Shown: positions 11,800 through 23,872, counted from the first letter of the stretch. The stretch: 64,000 nucleotides of DNA from Negaprion brevirostris (GCA_030324005.1 JARDVH010000163.1:23476143-23540142); one strand, 5' to 3'. Translations and numbers: made by a program. Notes: generated by a model not told the origin, from the sequence alone.

Positions 11800-12360
11800 A
11801 AATCTAGGAATATTTGGAGACCTATGTCACTTACAAAGTCCATTTATTCATTATGGAGAAGCAATAAATGTAGCTTATTGAACAAACGCTGAAGAACCCT
11901 TGAGTCTTGAAAGGAGATGACGAACAAAGACCTCAAAGAGCTATATAGGATAGTAAATGACACGCAGTAGTTAACCCCAGAATAATATTTTAAAAATTTG
12001 ATGGTGTAACAAAAGGGCACAGATTCAAAATGGTGTAAGAAAAACATACAACTAATGTTTTGAAGTTCTGCACACTTGGAATGGATTTTCAGGTGGGATA
12101 GGAATTATACTGTGGATAATTTAGTTAATGCTGAGTTGTGGGAGGGGGCGGTCCTTTTTTCCCTTAATAGATGAATTGAGATGACCCCCAAGACTGGATG
12201 CAGTGTTGCTTTAAGTTTTCAAGACTGAGACTGATAGACTTTTTAAAAATCAGGTAAGGGTATCCAGAAATGTGCATTAAACATAGGTAACTGGTGGTAC
12301 AGGTTGAATGGGGAAACAGGCTTGAAGCGTTAAAACAGCCTACTCACGTTCTTATGTTCT
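11800..12360 (+). mobile_element. Old CR1 3' portion
   Basis: 'aacaaaagggcacagattcaaa' (TRGH-like) and 3' end 'acaggcttgaagcgttaaaacagcctactc..gttcttatgttct'. Confidence 0.6.
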
Positions 12361-12664
12361 GCAAAGGCATTCCCCTCCGCTCCGCACAAATTTTCCCTTC
12401 ACTCCATCCAAATCCTAATATATGCACTAACACAGCTTGAAAAAACTTGTTTATATTGGTTTCTGTGTTCGTACGTATTTTGTGGCAAAAAAGGGTGCGA
12501 ACAGTATGAGAATGCTCATGGTTCCCTGATGCTTTTGGGCAGTCACTAGGGTCTTCAAGACTCANNNNNNNNNNNNNNNNNNNNNNNNNNNNNNNNNNNN
12601 NNNNNNNNNNNNNNNNNNNNNNNNNNNNNNNNNNNNNNNNNNNNNNNNNNNNNNNNNNNNNNNN

Positions 12665-13085
12665 AATAGTTTCCTTATGTGTGAAATTTTTGTATCAAAG
12701 AAAGCCGCAAACTGCTCCGAAAGTTCCGTGTTTGTTTCGCAGCTGGGAAGAATCGTTGCGTTCTGTTTTCCTAGTAATTTGTTGCTGAGACGATATAGTT
12801 CTTTGCAGGAATCGGCATTTCTGAATTTCGAGTTGTAATATTTCTTTTTGGCATTTTTGATAACGACGTTTGTTTTACGCTTTATTGCACAGAACACCTT
12901 TTTATCGGTAACATGACCACTTCTTTGCCACTTTCTTTCAGCTTGTCTCTTTTTGCGTTTGGCACGTTTTACATCTGAATTAAACCAGCCAGCCTCGCTT
13001 CTTTCTGATGTTACTCGTTTTGTTAGTGGAGCATGGCGGTTCAAAACACTTTGAAGCGTAGCATTGAAAATATCTATATTGCATC
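12665..13085 (-). mobile_element. L2/Crack-group LINE ORF2 fragment (endonuclease-RT linker), stop-free
   Basis: Open frame IDIFNATLQSVLNRHAPL...WFNSDVKRAKRKKRQAERKW...IKNAKKKYY...FAAFFDTKISHIR, the typical L2-group HAP / WF / RxAERKW / FxxFFxxKI signature; runs into an N gap. Confidence 0.8.
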
Positions 13086-16000
13086 ACTGACAGGAATAAT
13101 GGATACTGAACATACTTGATATGACTCTACAATTTACTTAAAATATTAGTAAACACTTTATGCTTTTATTGTCTTATTCTCTTAGTTATATTTGTTTCTG
13201 AATCATTTTATATTATTTACTCTTTTCTCCTTTGTAACTATTTATTCATGGTCAACATATTGTACTACATAGATAAGCTCTTTGTTTTGACAACTTTTGT
13301 AAAATATAATTAAAATACCTGCCCCTTTGCGCAAGTAGCAGTGAGAGGCTGCTTTCTGTGTGGAAACTGAAGGTTCAAACAGTAACATGCACAGCTGTAC
13401 AGGGCAAATCTTTCCAGGAAGTGGTAATTTTGAGCTGATTGTCATCTCAACAGTCTGGCTATGCAACTGCATACTGCTATACATATTACTAATGAGTTGA
13501 GACCCTGGATGTTCACGCTCCTTGCTGTAATCTTGCAATAAACCTCTCCATATTTTGTAGATAAAATGGGTCCCTGACTTGCAATTGTAAAAAAGATCAA
13601 AGGAACTAATATGAGAGTATGTATGAGCATACTGACTGCTAACACAGAAGATATTTTCAAAGAATCGTGTGGTTGTATTTAGGAATATGTGTTTAAGATT
13701 TTACATGTGTTAACTGTCTCCATAACTGCAGGGACGCTGCCGTGATTTTACTGTACCACCTATTACAGGTAAGAAAAGGTTGATATTTAAGAAAAAACAT
13801 ACTTCTATTTATTGTAAACCCTTTGGTAACCTATATTTAGCGCTGAAAACAGTATTCTTTAGCTGGCACAGATCCAAGTATGGATTTGAAAGACACTCAA
13901 ATAAGCAATCGGTACATGATAACCACCAACACAGCTTCATTAGCAGCATCTGATGAGGCCAGTGAAGTTAATATGTGCGTATGTTCATACGTATCATAAC
14001 ATAACACAAAAATATCTTTCAGTCATTCTCAGAGCAGTCTACATAAGTTCAATGAGAATGTTTGCCTTAATCCTCTTCTTCCAAGAGGAGTTCAGCCAGG
14101 ATTGTGTGCATTGATTTTTTTCGTTGAGCCTATGACAATTTTGCTGTTATGTTTGATGACTGACTGTGTCATCCTATTAACCTCTAGAATGCATCCTGCA
14201 GATGCATTTCAGTGTTGACTGCCTTTAGGGACTCTATTTGTGTTGGCACACAACCTCGGCTTAAATGTTGATGCTCCAGAGCTACTAAAAGCCCACTTTA
14301 CAGTGCAGCTGTGGACACTTGCAGGTGTTTGAGTTGAAGTATGTAATGGAAGGAAGACTTCAATTTCTGAATCTGTTAAAGCCATATAATTGTGACTCAT
14401 CTTTATTGGTGTAGGGTGTGATTTTAGGTTGGAGCAGGACTCTTCTTTCAAGGCCTGCTGAACTATTTATTTTATCAATGATGTTTCACAGCTGTGCTGA
14501 TAGTTGAATGAAACACCTGTAAAACAGGTATTGCTGATAGGGTTATTATATTATTTTCATCCAAAGCTGGTGCCACAAAAGACATGGACTCGAAAGATGT
14601 ATATACATCTGGCATAAAAAAGCTAAATAAAACTTCAGAAGGGTGCAGTAATCCAATAAGATGGTATCTGTGCACAATACCACAAAGCAAGTTCATTTGG
14701 AAGTATTGATCACAAATAAGGCATCTCTTTGCAAATGGGAGAAAGTATCTACAGAAGTATCCTCATTCACCTGCACGTTTGCTATCTATATTAGTATTAA
14801 CATTATCAGAGCCATTAATTGATCTGCTGACCCTGATAGAATGCAGGCAGTTGGAAATGTTATCAAAAATGAAAACATGGCAATGTTTCAAGAAAGCTCT
14901 TCCAATTTTGTTTCAAATTAAAATGAGATTTTTTTCAGGAGCATGGAAGCTCAGACTGTCATCCATGTGGTACANNNNNNNNNNNNNATGGTGTAAATAC
15001 ATGGATTGTAACTACGGCTGATTCTGTCTTGTCGAAATCCCTCCTTCGTCATTGTGTATTGTTATACAACATGTATTTGGCGTTTTGAACTTAACTCCTG
15101 AAGGGCAATCTCTGGCCAAACTGGCAATATTGAAATTTAAAATATTAGCTTTAATTGATGTAATGCTTCAGCAGGCTTTCTTGATTTTTCTGAATTTAAA
15201 TCTATTAGAAGCATTCTTCATCTGGAAAAGCTTTTTTTTAAAAAATAATTCAAAGTGTACATAAACCGAGAGGATTATGTTGAATCTGGCATGTCTAGTT
15301 GGCCAGGATTTCTGCTCCACCGCATTCATCTGATAATCCCAAAGGTTGATAAGAGAAGAGAAAAGCTTATTTTTTGGGGGGTGGTTTATTTCCACAAGAT
15401 TATTGGTCTTCAGTGAAATAATTGCACAAAACACGTTCTAATTTCAAACATCAGGCCTACAGCTGGTCTCATTGCAAAACAACAAAAGGTGACTCACGAT
15501 AATGCAAGGGACTTGAGCTTTTTTTACTGTATGCGTGGTGTTTGATGGTGTAGTTTTGATGCAGTGATGGGTGATGATGTTGCCAAAGCACAAAATGTTG
15601 AAAGAAAATGAAGTTTTGAGTTCACTTTTTTAATTATCTAGCCAAAGTAAATGAACCAGTAAAAAGCTTCAAGTATCAGGATATTTACAGATTTTATATT
15701 GTCCCAATATGGCATTAGCACGTTTCTTGAATCAACAATTATGCAACTGGATAAAGGACTCAGAATAGCACTATAAGCATTGCGAGCCTGTTTTCAGTTA
15801 CTGAACTGGAATCCAAACTAAACAGGCACAAATGACATTGAAGAAATTCACTATTCTAGGACAATGGCTGTTATAGAGTTCGAAATGTAAACAGTGTATT
15901 TTTCTGTTTTAATAATCTCTGATTGAATTGGTGTTGCTGCTGTGTACAATGGAATGGCCTCTTTTCTTTTTTGCTCCCTCCAACCAAGTCATTAATGAAG

Positions 16001-16654
16001 CATAGTAATTTTCCCAGTGAGCTAGGCAGTACTTAGCACGGGGTGACACTGCAGTCTGTGTGTTTGTCCGTGTTTGAGTGTATGGTGTACAGTCACACAG
16101 ATGCTTTGCAAAGGATGGAGCCAGTCAAAGAAATGCACATGAGCTGAAAGATTTTGATACAGATAATCGAAGTGTGGTCGGCAATAAGTATACAATGAAT
16201 TATCACAAAAAAGAGAGAATCAGACCTATTGAGGAATCGACAAAGAGAGATTATGACATAGGAATGTGTAGTGAGAGAAGCTATGTTGTGTGTGAGAGCG
16301 ACAAAAGGATGGATCGACAGAGGGCGTGATCATGTGTTTTTAATGCAGCATCTCTAAACCAGTAAAGCAGAAGCTGAATGGTTTAAAAGCAGCTGATGCA
16401 GCCTGAGAAATTGTGCTTGTGGGAGAAGAACACACGTATGCAGTGTGTGTTTGTATCGCTGTGTCAGTAAATGTTGTGCAAAACATTTGGGGACTTAAAT
16501 TGCAGCACAGAGGAAGCGATCCAAAGCGGGGGAAGGACGAGATAGAGGACAGCAATTAGAAAGTGAGGAATGCATTTTTTTTTTAATGCTGCATCCTTGA
16601 AAATAGCTACCTTTTCTCATGTCATTGCGGAGAACTGAAATTAATCACCCAGAT

Positions 16655-16702
16655 ATGAACGACCAGTCAGAATACCAGCGGCTATCAAGTGAGGAAGAAG
16701 AG
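16655..16702 (+). CDS. Candidate alternative first coding exon, MNDQSEYQRLSSEEEE (phase 0), unidentified gene
   Basis: ATG (gatATGa), 16 open codons, then GAG|GTAAAC donor; preceded by ~600 bp of unique, relatively CpG-retaining UTR/promoter-like sequence. Confidence 0.5.
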
Positions 16703-16937
16703 GTAAACCTGTGTATTATAAATGCATTTTACAACCTTGCGAAAAGAATGTTTTTTTAATGAAACATCTTCAGCAATGTGGGACTACATAGATTGATTGT
16801 CTTTTATGCTTTGGAAATATTCTAGTCCCAGCTCACTGGGATGAGATGCTACAATTTAACAAAAGACTAAAAATTGAATTGAAAATTCAATTTGAAAATG
16901 TTGTTATTACATTTTTGCGCTAGAAAATTCTTAAACC

Positions 16938-17297
16938 TTTATGAGATGGATGGTTGTTGGAAAGGTCAGCATTCATTGCCCTTCCCTAGTTGCTCTTGAG
17001 AAGGGGTGGTGAGTGGCCTTCTTGAATACAGCTGAGCGACTTAAGTCATTTCAGAGTGCAATTAAGAGGCAACACTTTGCTGTGGGTCTGAACATACATA
17101 TAGGCCAGATTGGGTAAAGATGGCAGATGTCCTTCCCAAAAGAGCATTGGTGAATCAGTTGGGGGTTTTATTCTGACAAATTTGATTGTTTCATGACCAT
17201 CGTGATGCTGGCTTTTTATTCCAAATTTATTTAATTANNNNNNNNNNAGCCTCCAAATTACTAGCTCAGTAACATAACCACTAACCTCTATGCCTCC
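16938..17297 (-). mobile_element. tRNA-derived SINE (family B)
   Basis: Homologous to 3726-4118 in reverse orientation. Confidence 0.8.
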
Positions 17298-18450
17298 AAG
17301 TAAAACAAAAATGCAATTTGTCTTTTATTCAAGGAATATTGCAGTTGAAGATATGTTTGTCTTGTTCTTCATGATCCAATAACTTGGCTCTAGCAAATTT
17401 TAAATTGGTAGTTTTTTGTGACTAGTTTATGACAAACACTAACCTTGTACATTAGATTGGGAGCTTGAGTTTTGATTGATTTTTAAAGCATGGATGTACT
17501 TCGTCTGACAACACAGCACTTCAAAAGGTTAATGAATTCTGCTGCTGTCTGCAGAAGAGTCCTGAGGGACAGATCACGTGAACCAACTTACATTGAGTTT
17601 GTTTTGTGATTGATAAATGAGTCACTTTCTTCTACTTTGCACTGATTATTTTCTTATTAACTTAATTACGAGGNNNNNNTTCAGAGCTCACGAGCAGTGT
17701 GTTGATTTGTTTCAGTTAATTTCTTTTCCTCCATTTAGCTCTTGGGCTGGAATATGTCCTTGTTTAATGACTATGATGAGTAAAGATATTTGGTTCCATG
17801 AAAAATAAGTAGATGAGTTAAAGGTGTGTGTTGATCAGAAATCATTAGCCTTCTATTTATTTGTTATATTTGAAGTCCAAAGAAGTCAGCATCATGAAAG
17901 AGTTAAATTTTTCTAACTGTTTCTCCCACCACCTCCCCACTCCTGCTTCAATTTTAATGATTCCTCCAGGGCAGCAGTAAGCCTGTTGCCATAGAAATTG
18001 TCACTGCAAATCTAGTTTAATTTAGACGCACTGAATTCCACTCAGTGTTCACATAGATAGTCAAATGAAATTTAAAATGACCCTCAATCTTCATTCCACG
18101 ATGGAAAAGCTGGAAAATAATATATTTATTTGTTCAGTATTTTATCAGAACATGATTATCAAGATTTATTAGCAGTGATTGGCTTGATTGGAAGAAACCA
18201 GTTTGTAGTGAAATTGTTCTGTTCCTCTGATCTAATAGCCTAGGAATGAGTGAAATTGAATTGGAACAGTAATTGTTCATTGTAGCGTTGACAGAATGCA
18301 CTCACCTCAATATTGGGCAAAGCAGTGATATAATAACTTGTTTGTCATAATTTACATAGAGATGGTATCCTGTCACCACATTGCATAGCCCCCTTACTCC
18401 TCTTGCATATGTTAGAAACTGCAGCGGCCATCACACTTTGACTGCAATAT

Positions 18451-18498
18451 TATTTAGTATTATAAGATAATAAGTATTTAGTATTATAAGTTAATAAG
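18451..18498. repeat. 24-bp tandem duplication
   Basis: tatttagtattataag(a/t)taataag x2, one mismatch. Confidence 0.85.
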
Positions 18499-19017
18499 AT
18501 AATAATGCAGTGAGCATAGAAATAACATTAGGATGGTTTTGCAGCTGCCATCTTTCTCCAGGTAGCCATTTAAGTTAGACATGAAGTTGAACAACTTTGC
18601 TACAGTTAAGGAGTTGTAATATCAGAAAATATAATTGTAAAAATCTTTGTTTTCTTATGCTTTTTCCTCCTACCTAATTCCTTAGTTAGCCCATAGGCAT
18701 CGTCATAAAAATGGTCAATGCCCCAATTTAGTAGCCCTATAAAGGGGCTTGAATGCATAGAAAGATAAGTGATCTTTTTCCAGCTAAATGAGACATTTTT
18801 GTTCCGGGGAAGCTTGGTGTGAATTTCAGTTGGATTGGGATTCAAATAGAATTAATTGTGAACTCACTGGTCCAGTAAGGTAGTTACAGGACTGTTTTCC
18901 TGTCCCCCTTCTCCTCCCCTGCTGTGAATTACTGAGAAATCAATGTTTTTTTTTCCACTGTTCCAAGAAAGAGGAATTGAAGATGGCAAGATTCTAGTAG
19001 ATTTATTTGACTTTTTA

Positions 19018-19360
19018 AAATTCATCTACAAGATGCGAATATCGCTAGTTGGGCCAGCATTTGTTGCCCATCCTTAATTGATCTTGAAGTGAGTGGCGGC
19101 CATTCCAGAGGGAATTTAAGAGTCGGGTCACTTGTAGGACCCCAGACTAGGTAAGGCCCCAGTCTGACTTCCTTCCCTAAAGAGGACATTAGTGAACCAT
19201 GTGGGTTCTTACAACAATTGACAATGGTTCCATGGTCATCATTAGACATTTTTTAATTCAAGATTTTTATTGAACTCAAATTTCACCATCTGCCCTGGTT
19301 CTCAGAGCATTACTCTCTAGGTTACTAGTCCAGTGACTATACCTCAACCCACCACCTTCT
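19018..19360 (-). mobile_element. tRNA-derived SINE (family B)
   Basis: 'gggccagcatttgttgcccatcc', 'aggacattagtgaacca', 'ttactagtccagtgac'. Confidence 0.85.
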
Positions 19361-20049
19361 CTTAATGTTGACTATTGAAAATCTTGCAGTTGGCATAAAT
19401 GCTCAGAAGATAAATGTTCTTTAATATTGTAACAACAGTGTTTTGATTTACTATTTAGGTTATTATCCTTATGCAACAACCAAGATGCAGCCTGTCAATT
19501 TAAAGCAATCCATTTACAGAGCTATCTAGATTATATTCGGAAGCAATCAATGTTCAAGGGCTTAGATTTTGGGCAGGAGGGTGCAGTGTATATTTTTCTC
19601 TTTTGTGATAACTTTGCTGAGGTGAGATTTTAAATCCCATTAACTGAGTTTAGCACTACGCTACGGCTGTCTGTAATAAAGCTACAGTTGGAGTGAAATG
19701 CCAAACTGTGCTAGTTTCCTAAGCCTTCGCCTGCATGCCTTTTCAGTGAGATAAGGTAAAAAAAAATCTGGATACTTGCATGGCAAAGTTACGTGGCAAC
19801 ATTAATGTGGAAAAAGGTCACAGTTGTTTTAAAAGGTCAGAAGGAAAACAAGTCCCTAAGTGGAGGAGTGCTGACCAAGAACATGGTCCTTGAAGTTACT
19901 TGTAAGGTGGTTCTTAACAGAGAAGAAAAGAAATGAAGAAGCAGAAGGGAATTTAGGAAGGCAATATGAGACCCTGTGAGACAGCTGCTGTCATGGTTTC
20001 CCTCTGCATTGTTATTTGATGAAGCTATTTGTGGCAGCATGTCATAAAG

Positions 20050-20875
20050 GAACTGTACTCCAAGTGTGGCCTTACTAATGTCTTGTACAAGTTCAACAAG
20101 ATGCCCCAACTCCTGTATTCAGTGTTCTGACCAATGAAACCAAGAATGCTGAATGCATTCTTCACCACTCTGTCACTTNNNNNNNNNNNNNNNNNNNNNN
20201 NNNNNNNNNNNNNNNNNNNNNNNNNNNNNNNNNNNNNNNNNNNNNNNNNNNNNNNNNNNNNNNNNNNNNNNNNNNNNNNNNNNNNNNNNNNNNNNNNNNN
20301 NNNNNNNNNNNNNNNNNNNNNNNNNNNNNNNNNNNNNNNNNNNNNNNNNNNNNNNNNNNNNNNNNNNNNNNNNNNNNNNNNNNNNNNNNNNNNNNNNNNN
20401 NNNNNNNNNNNNNNNNNNNNNNNNNNNNNNNNNNNNNNNNNNNNNNNNNNNNNNNNNNNNNNNNNNNNNNNNNNNNNNNNNNNNNNNNNNNNNNNNNNNN
20501 NNNNNNNNNNNNNNNNNNNNNNNNNNNNNNNNNNNNNNNNNNNNNNNNNNNNNNNNNNNNNNNNNNNNNNNNNNNNNNNNNNNNNNNNNNNNNNNNNNNN
20601 NNNNNNNNNNNNNNNNNNNNNNNNNNNNNNNNNNNNNNNNNNNNNNNNNNNNNNNNNGTTCTGACCAATGAAACCAAGCATGCTGAATGCCTTCTTCACC
20701 ACTCTGTCACTTGTGACTCCAATTTCAAGGAGCTATGAACCTGTACATTTAGATCTCTTTGTTCTATAACTCTCCCCAACACCTTACCATTAACTGAGTA
20801 GGTACAGCCCCGATTCGATCTACCAAAATGCATCACTTCATATTTACCTAAATTAAACTGCATCTGCCATTCAGG
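20050..20875 (-). mobile_element. CR1 RT C-terminal fragment spanning a gap
   Basis: DRVVKNAFSILGFIGQNTEYRSWGILLNLYKTLVRPHLEY on the minus strand. Confidence 0.9.
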
Positions 20876-20934
20876 TCAAGGCATTGAAGGGGGGGGGGGG
20901 GGAATAAGGGAATGGCTGTCACTTTTTTAGTTCA

Positions 20935-21420
20935 GACAGGCACAATATTTGTATATGTTATTTCTGTCTGCAAAGAACAGGGTTTCGTATATTAATATAT
21001 ATAGCTTCCAGCATGTGTACATCTGCCAACTGAACCGATCTGTTAATCTTAAATTGGTTATCAACATAATTTTTGGAATACTTAGGATTGTTTAGCCAAA
21101 ATGTCCAATTTGTGGAATCGCAGATAATGTTGAACAGTGTTTTGAAGTTCGCAAAAATAAATTGCTTGCTTATAGTCACTATCTTGCCTGTTGTGCAAAG
21201 ACATGCTGTTTGATAGGATTTGCCAGTCTTTGGGACATATGGCCTACCTCATATCACACCAGCACTGAAATTCACATGTCATATTACTCATTTATATGAT
21301 AGGCAGAATGACTTTTTGGCTTGACGGCAACATCCTGTTAGTGGCAAACACTACTCATGTTGCTATTGTGTAGTTTGGTGTTGAACAGTTAGTTTCATGC
21401 GTTGCTCAAATTCTTTGAGA
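20935..21420 (-). mobile_element. Penelope-like element, GIY-YIG endonuclease region (decayed)
   Basis: Minus-strand peptides VVFATNRMLPSSQK, EFQCWCD, SQRLANPIKQHV and LNNPKYSKNYVDNQFKI...LEAIYI...PVLCRQK. Confidence 0.75.
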
Positions 21421-21512
21421 TACTTAACTGATGTCAGTCNNNNNNNNNNNNNNNNNNNNNNNNNNNNNNNNNNNNNNNNNNNNNNNNNNNNNNNNNNNNN
21501 NNNNNNNNNNNN

Positions 21513-21620
21513 NTGTGGAAGTGAGCCACGACAGATCAGCCATGATCTTATTGAAAGGCGGGGCAGGCTCGAAGGGCTAGATGGCCTACTCTTGCTCCTA
21601 TTTCTTATGTTCTTATGTTC
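21513..21620 (+). mobile_element. Young CR1 3' end next to a gap
   Basis: 'agatcagccatgatcttattgaa.ggcggggcaggctcgaagggctagatggcctactc' plus (ttatgttc)n. Confidence 0.85.
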
Positions 21621-21634
21621 TTTTTTAAAAAAAA

Positions 21635-22335
21635 TGCTTGGGGATGTGAGCATCACAAGCAAGACCAGCATTCATTGCTGATCCATAATTGCCCTCAAGA
21701 ATGTGGCGGTGAACCACTATGATCCATATCGTGCAAGTCCTCCCACGGTGCCTTTTTTGTGCCGTTTTAAAGTTTATTTATTAGTCACAGGTAAGGCTTA
21801 CATTACCACTGCAATGAAGTTACTGTGAAATTCCCCTAGAACGGCACCTGTTCCAGTAAATGCACCTAACCAGCATGCCTTTCAAAATGTGGGAGGAAAC
21901 TGGAGCACCCAGAAGAAACCCACACAGACACGAGGAAAGTGTGCAAACCCGAGCTGGGAATTGACCCCCAGTCCCTGGTGCCGTGAAGCAACAGTGTTAA
22001 CCACTGTGCTACTGTGCTGTCCTGATTGATATAGCTGAGTGGCTTTCTATCCAACTTCAGAAGGCAGTTGTTTGGGTCTGATGTCACATCTATGCCAGAC
22101 TGTTTAAGGATGACAGGTTTCATCCCCTGAAGAATTTTAGTGAATCTGATGGGTTTTTACAACAATTTGGTTGTTTCATGATCATTATTAATAAGACTGG
22201 CATTTTATTCCAGATTAATTAATGAATTGAATTCAAATTGCCCCAGCTGCCATGGTGGGATTTGAACTGGTGACTCAGGAACATTAATCCAGGCTTTTGA
22301 ATTACTGTTATTACATTACCATTTTTGTACTGTCT
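21635..22335 (-). mobile_element. Family B SINE interrupted by a V-SINE
   Basis: Tail at 21640-21745; body and head resume at 22030-22335. Confidence 0.75.
21766..22022 (-). mobile_element. V-SINE with alternative (non-HER1) 3' tail
   Basis: HE1-type head and V-domain plus tail 'aaagtttatttattagtcacaggtaaggcttacattaccactgcaatgaagttactgtgaaa'. Confidence 0.85.
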
Positions 22336-22939
22336 CCATGTGACCATATAAAATCCCCTCTTTTTCTAAGCAAGCTTGGATGTTATTTGGTGACTCACAG
22401 TAGAATTTATGCCCCAGTTTTTTGACAGTTTTGACCACAATTAAAATACTGAACCAACCTGCTAAGTGGGCGACAACTTTCAGTTTCTTTTTCTGATTTG
22501 CTCACTGTTTCTGTTGTACAAAGTCAGATCAAGAACTGACAAAGAAAGTGTTGGCTTCCTTTCAGTTACATATGGCACCCCCTTGCTCGCAACTCAGCAA
22601 ACATGCAAAACAGAATCTATTTCTGGCCCTGATACAATTAGAACCATCTTTGGCTTAACCTGCCAATTCCTCCTTACTGCTGCATCTTTTACACGCTATC
22701 TTCTAGATCTTGCATTTGCCCTTCTATTTGCTTCCTATTTGCTTTCAGTTTCTGAGCAAACCTAAGGTCCAGCCTCCCACTGAATCCCTACCCCATCTTA
22801 AATCCATTGTCCTGTTCGAAGATGGCTTGGACTTTTTCTTACCATTTGTACTCAACCATGTGCTTCTTGACTTGTATGTGATAGATACTATGGTAGGTTT
22901 GCTAATAATTGGAAAATATATTTTGTGTGTTTTGCTGAT

Positions 22940-23130
22940 TGCTGAGTGGTGAAGTGGATTAGACACTGGTTTTCAGCTTAGTTCAAATCTGGTCTAAGAT
23001 GCTTGGATAGTCTTTTCAGACTCTTGGCTGTTGGGGCTTGATGCAAAATGCTTTTGGAGAATCTATAAGCAGGTCTTGGTAGGCAGTGACGCATAGCATA
23101 CAATTCTTTCTTATTTAGCACCAATTCATA
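22940..23130 (+). mobile_element. LF-SINE-like ancient SINE fragment
   Basis: B box 'agttcaaatct', then 'ggctgttggggcttgatgcaaaatg' and 'atttagcaccaatt', resembling LF-SINE motifs GGCTGTTCGGTGGCCTATGTGAAATG and ATTGGCACTAATT as recalled. Confidence 0.45.
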
Positions 23131-23300
23131 ATATCAAATGATAAGACTTTTGTTCAACACATTAGAAGATTATGTTGCAACCATGTTTAGTTTTTCCAGA
23201 ATTGATTTGCACAACTCATAAACCAAGGTGTGAAAAAATGCTTTCTGATTCAAAATAATTAATCTGCATGCTAAGCATACTTTGTGTTCTCAAATACATC

Positions 23301-23381
23301 CAGAAAATGCTGGAAAATCTCAGCAGATCTGACAGCATCGGTGGAGAGCCAACATTTCAAGTCTGGATGACCCTTTGTCAC
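23301..23381. repeat. Penelope-associated terminal repeat
   Basis: Same family as 6742 and 35985. Confidence 0.7.
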
Positions 23382-23539
23382 TTTGTTTTCTCTTTCCCCA
23401 TCCATTTTATTGCTTTTCTGCTTCCCAATCTGTGTTCATTCATAATGGGAGGGAAAAAGAGAGGTATTAATACTGACGGCAGGGGGAGAGTGGGAGTGAT
23501 ACTGAATGCTGATTTACCTTATCCACTATTTGTTGTGAG

Positions 23540-23680
23540 TGAGACTACACTATAGCGTTGGCATCCCTGCCCATCTTGATCCTAACTGGCATGTGTGGCT
23601 TTCAGCGCTGATGAATATCATATCAGGAGTTGGAGCAAGAATTTCATTTCTATTTTCCTTTCCCTGTAAGTGAATAATAA
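23540..23680 (-). mobile_element. AmnSINE2-like fragment
   Basis: 'ggcatccctgcccatcttgatcct', 'atcaggagttggagc', 'attttcctttccct'. Confidence 0.4.
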
Positions 23681-23872
23681 GTCCAGCTGTCTCTACTGGT
23701 TTTTCTTGCATTGTCCGTTGTAACTACTGTTCATTTTCGGAAAATGTAAATTTCCAACATTTGGGTGCAACTTAATTTTCGACCCAAGCAACATTCCTTA
23801 AATACTAGAATTTATTAAATAATCTAAATTAATTCTTCATTTTCAGTTCTGTAACAAACACTCCTTTGGTAC

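Noticed and set aside
17985-17998. RFX X-box-like GTTGCCATAGAAAT and scattered AP-1 TGACTCA sites
   Set aside because: Imperfect or short motifs expected by chance; no independent support
20123-20712. ~55-bp duplication flanking a ~480-N gap, and long ORFs through the Ns
   Set aside because: Contig or haplotype overlap within a CR1; ORF lengths are inflated by X residues
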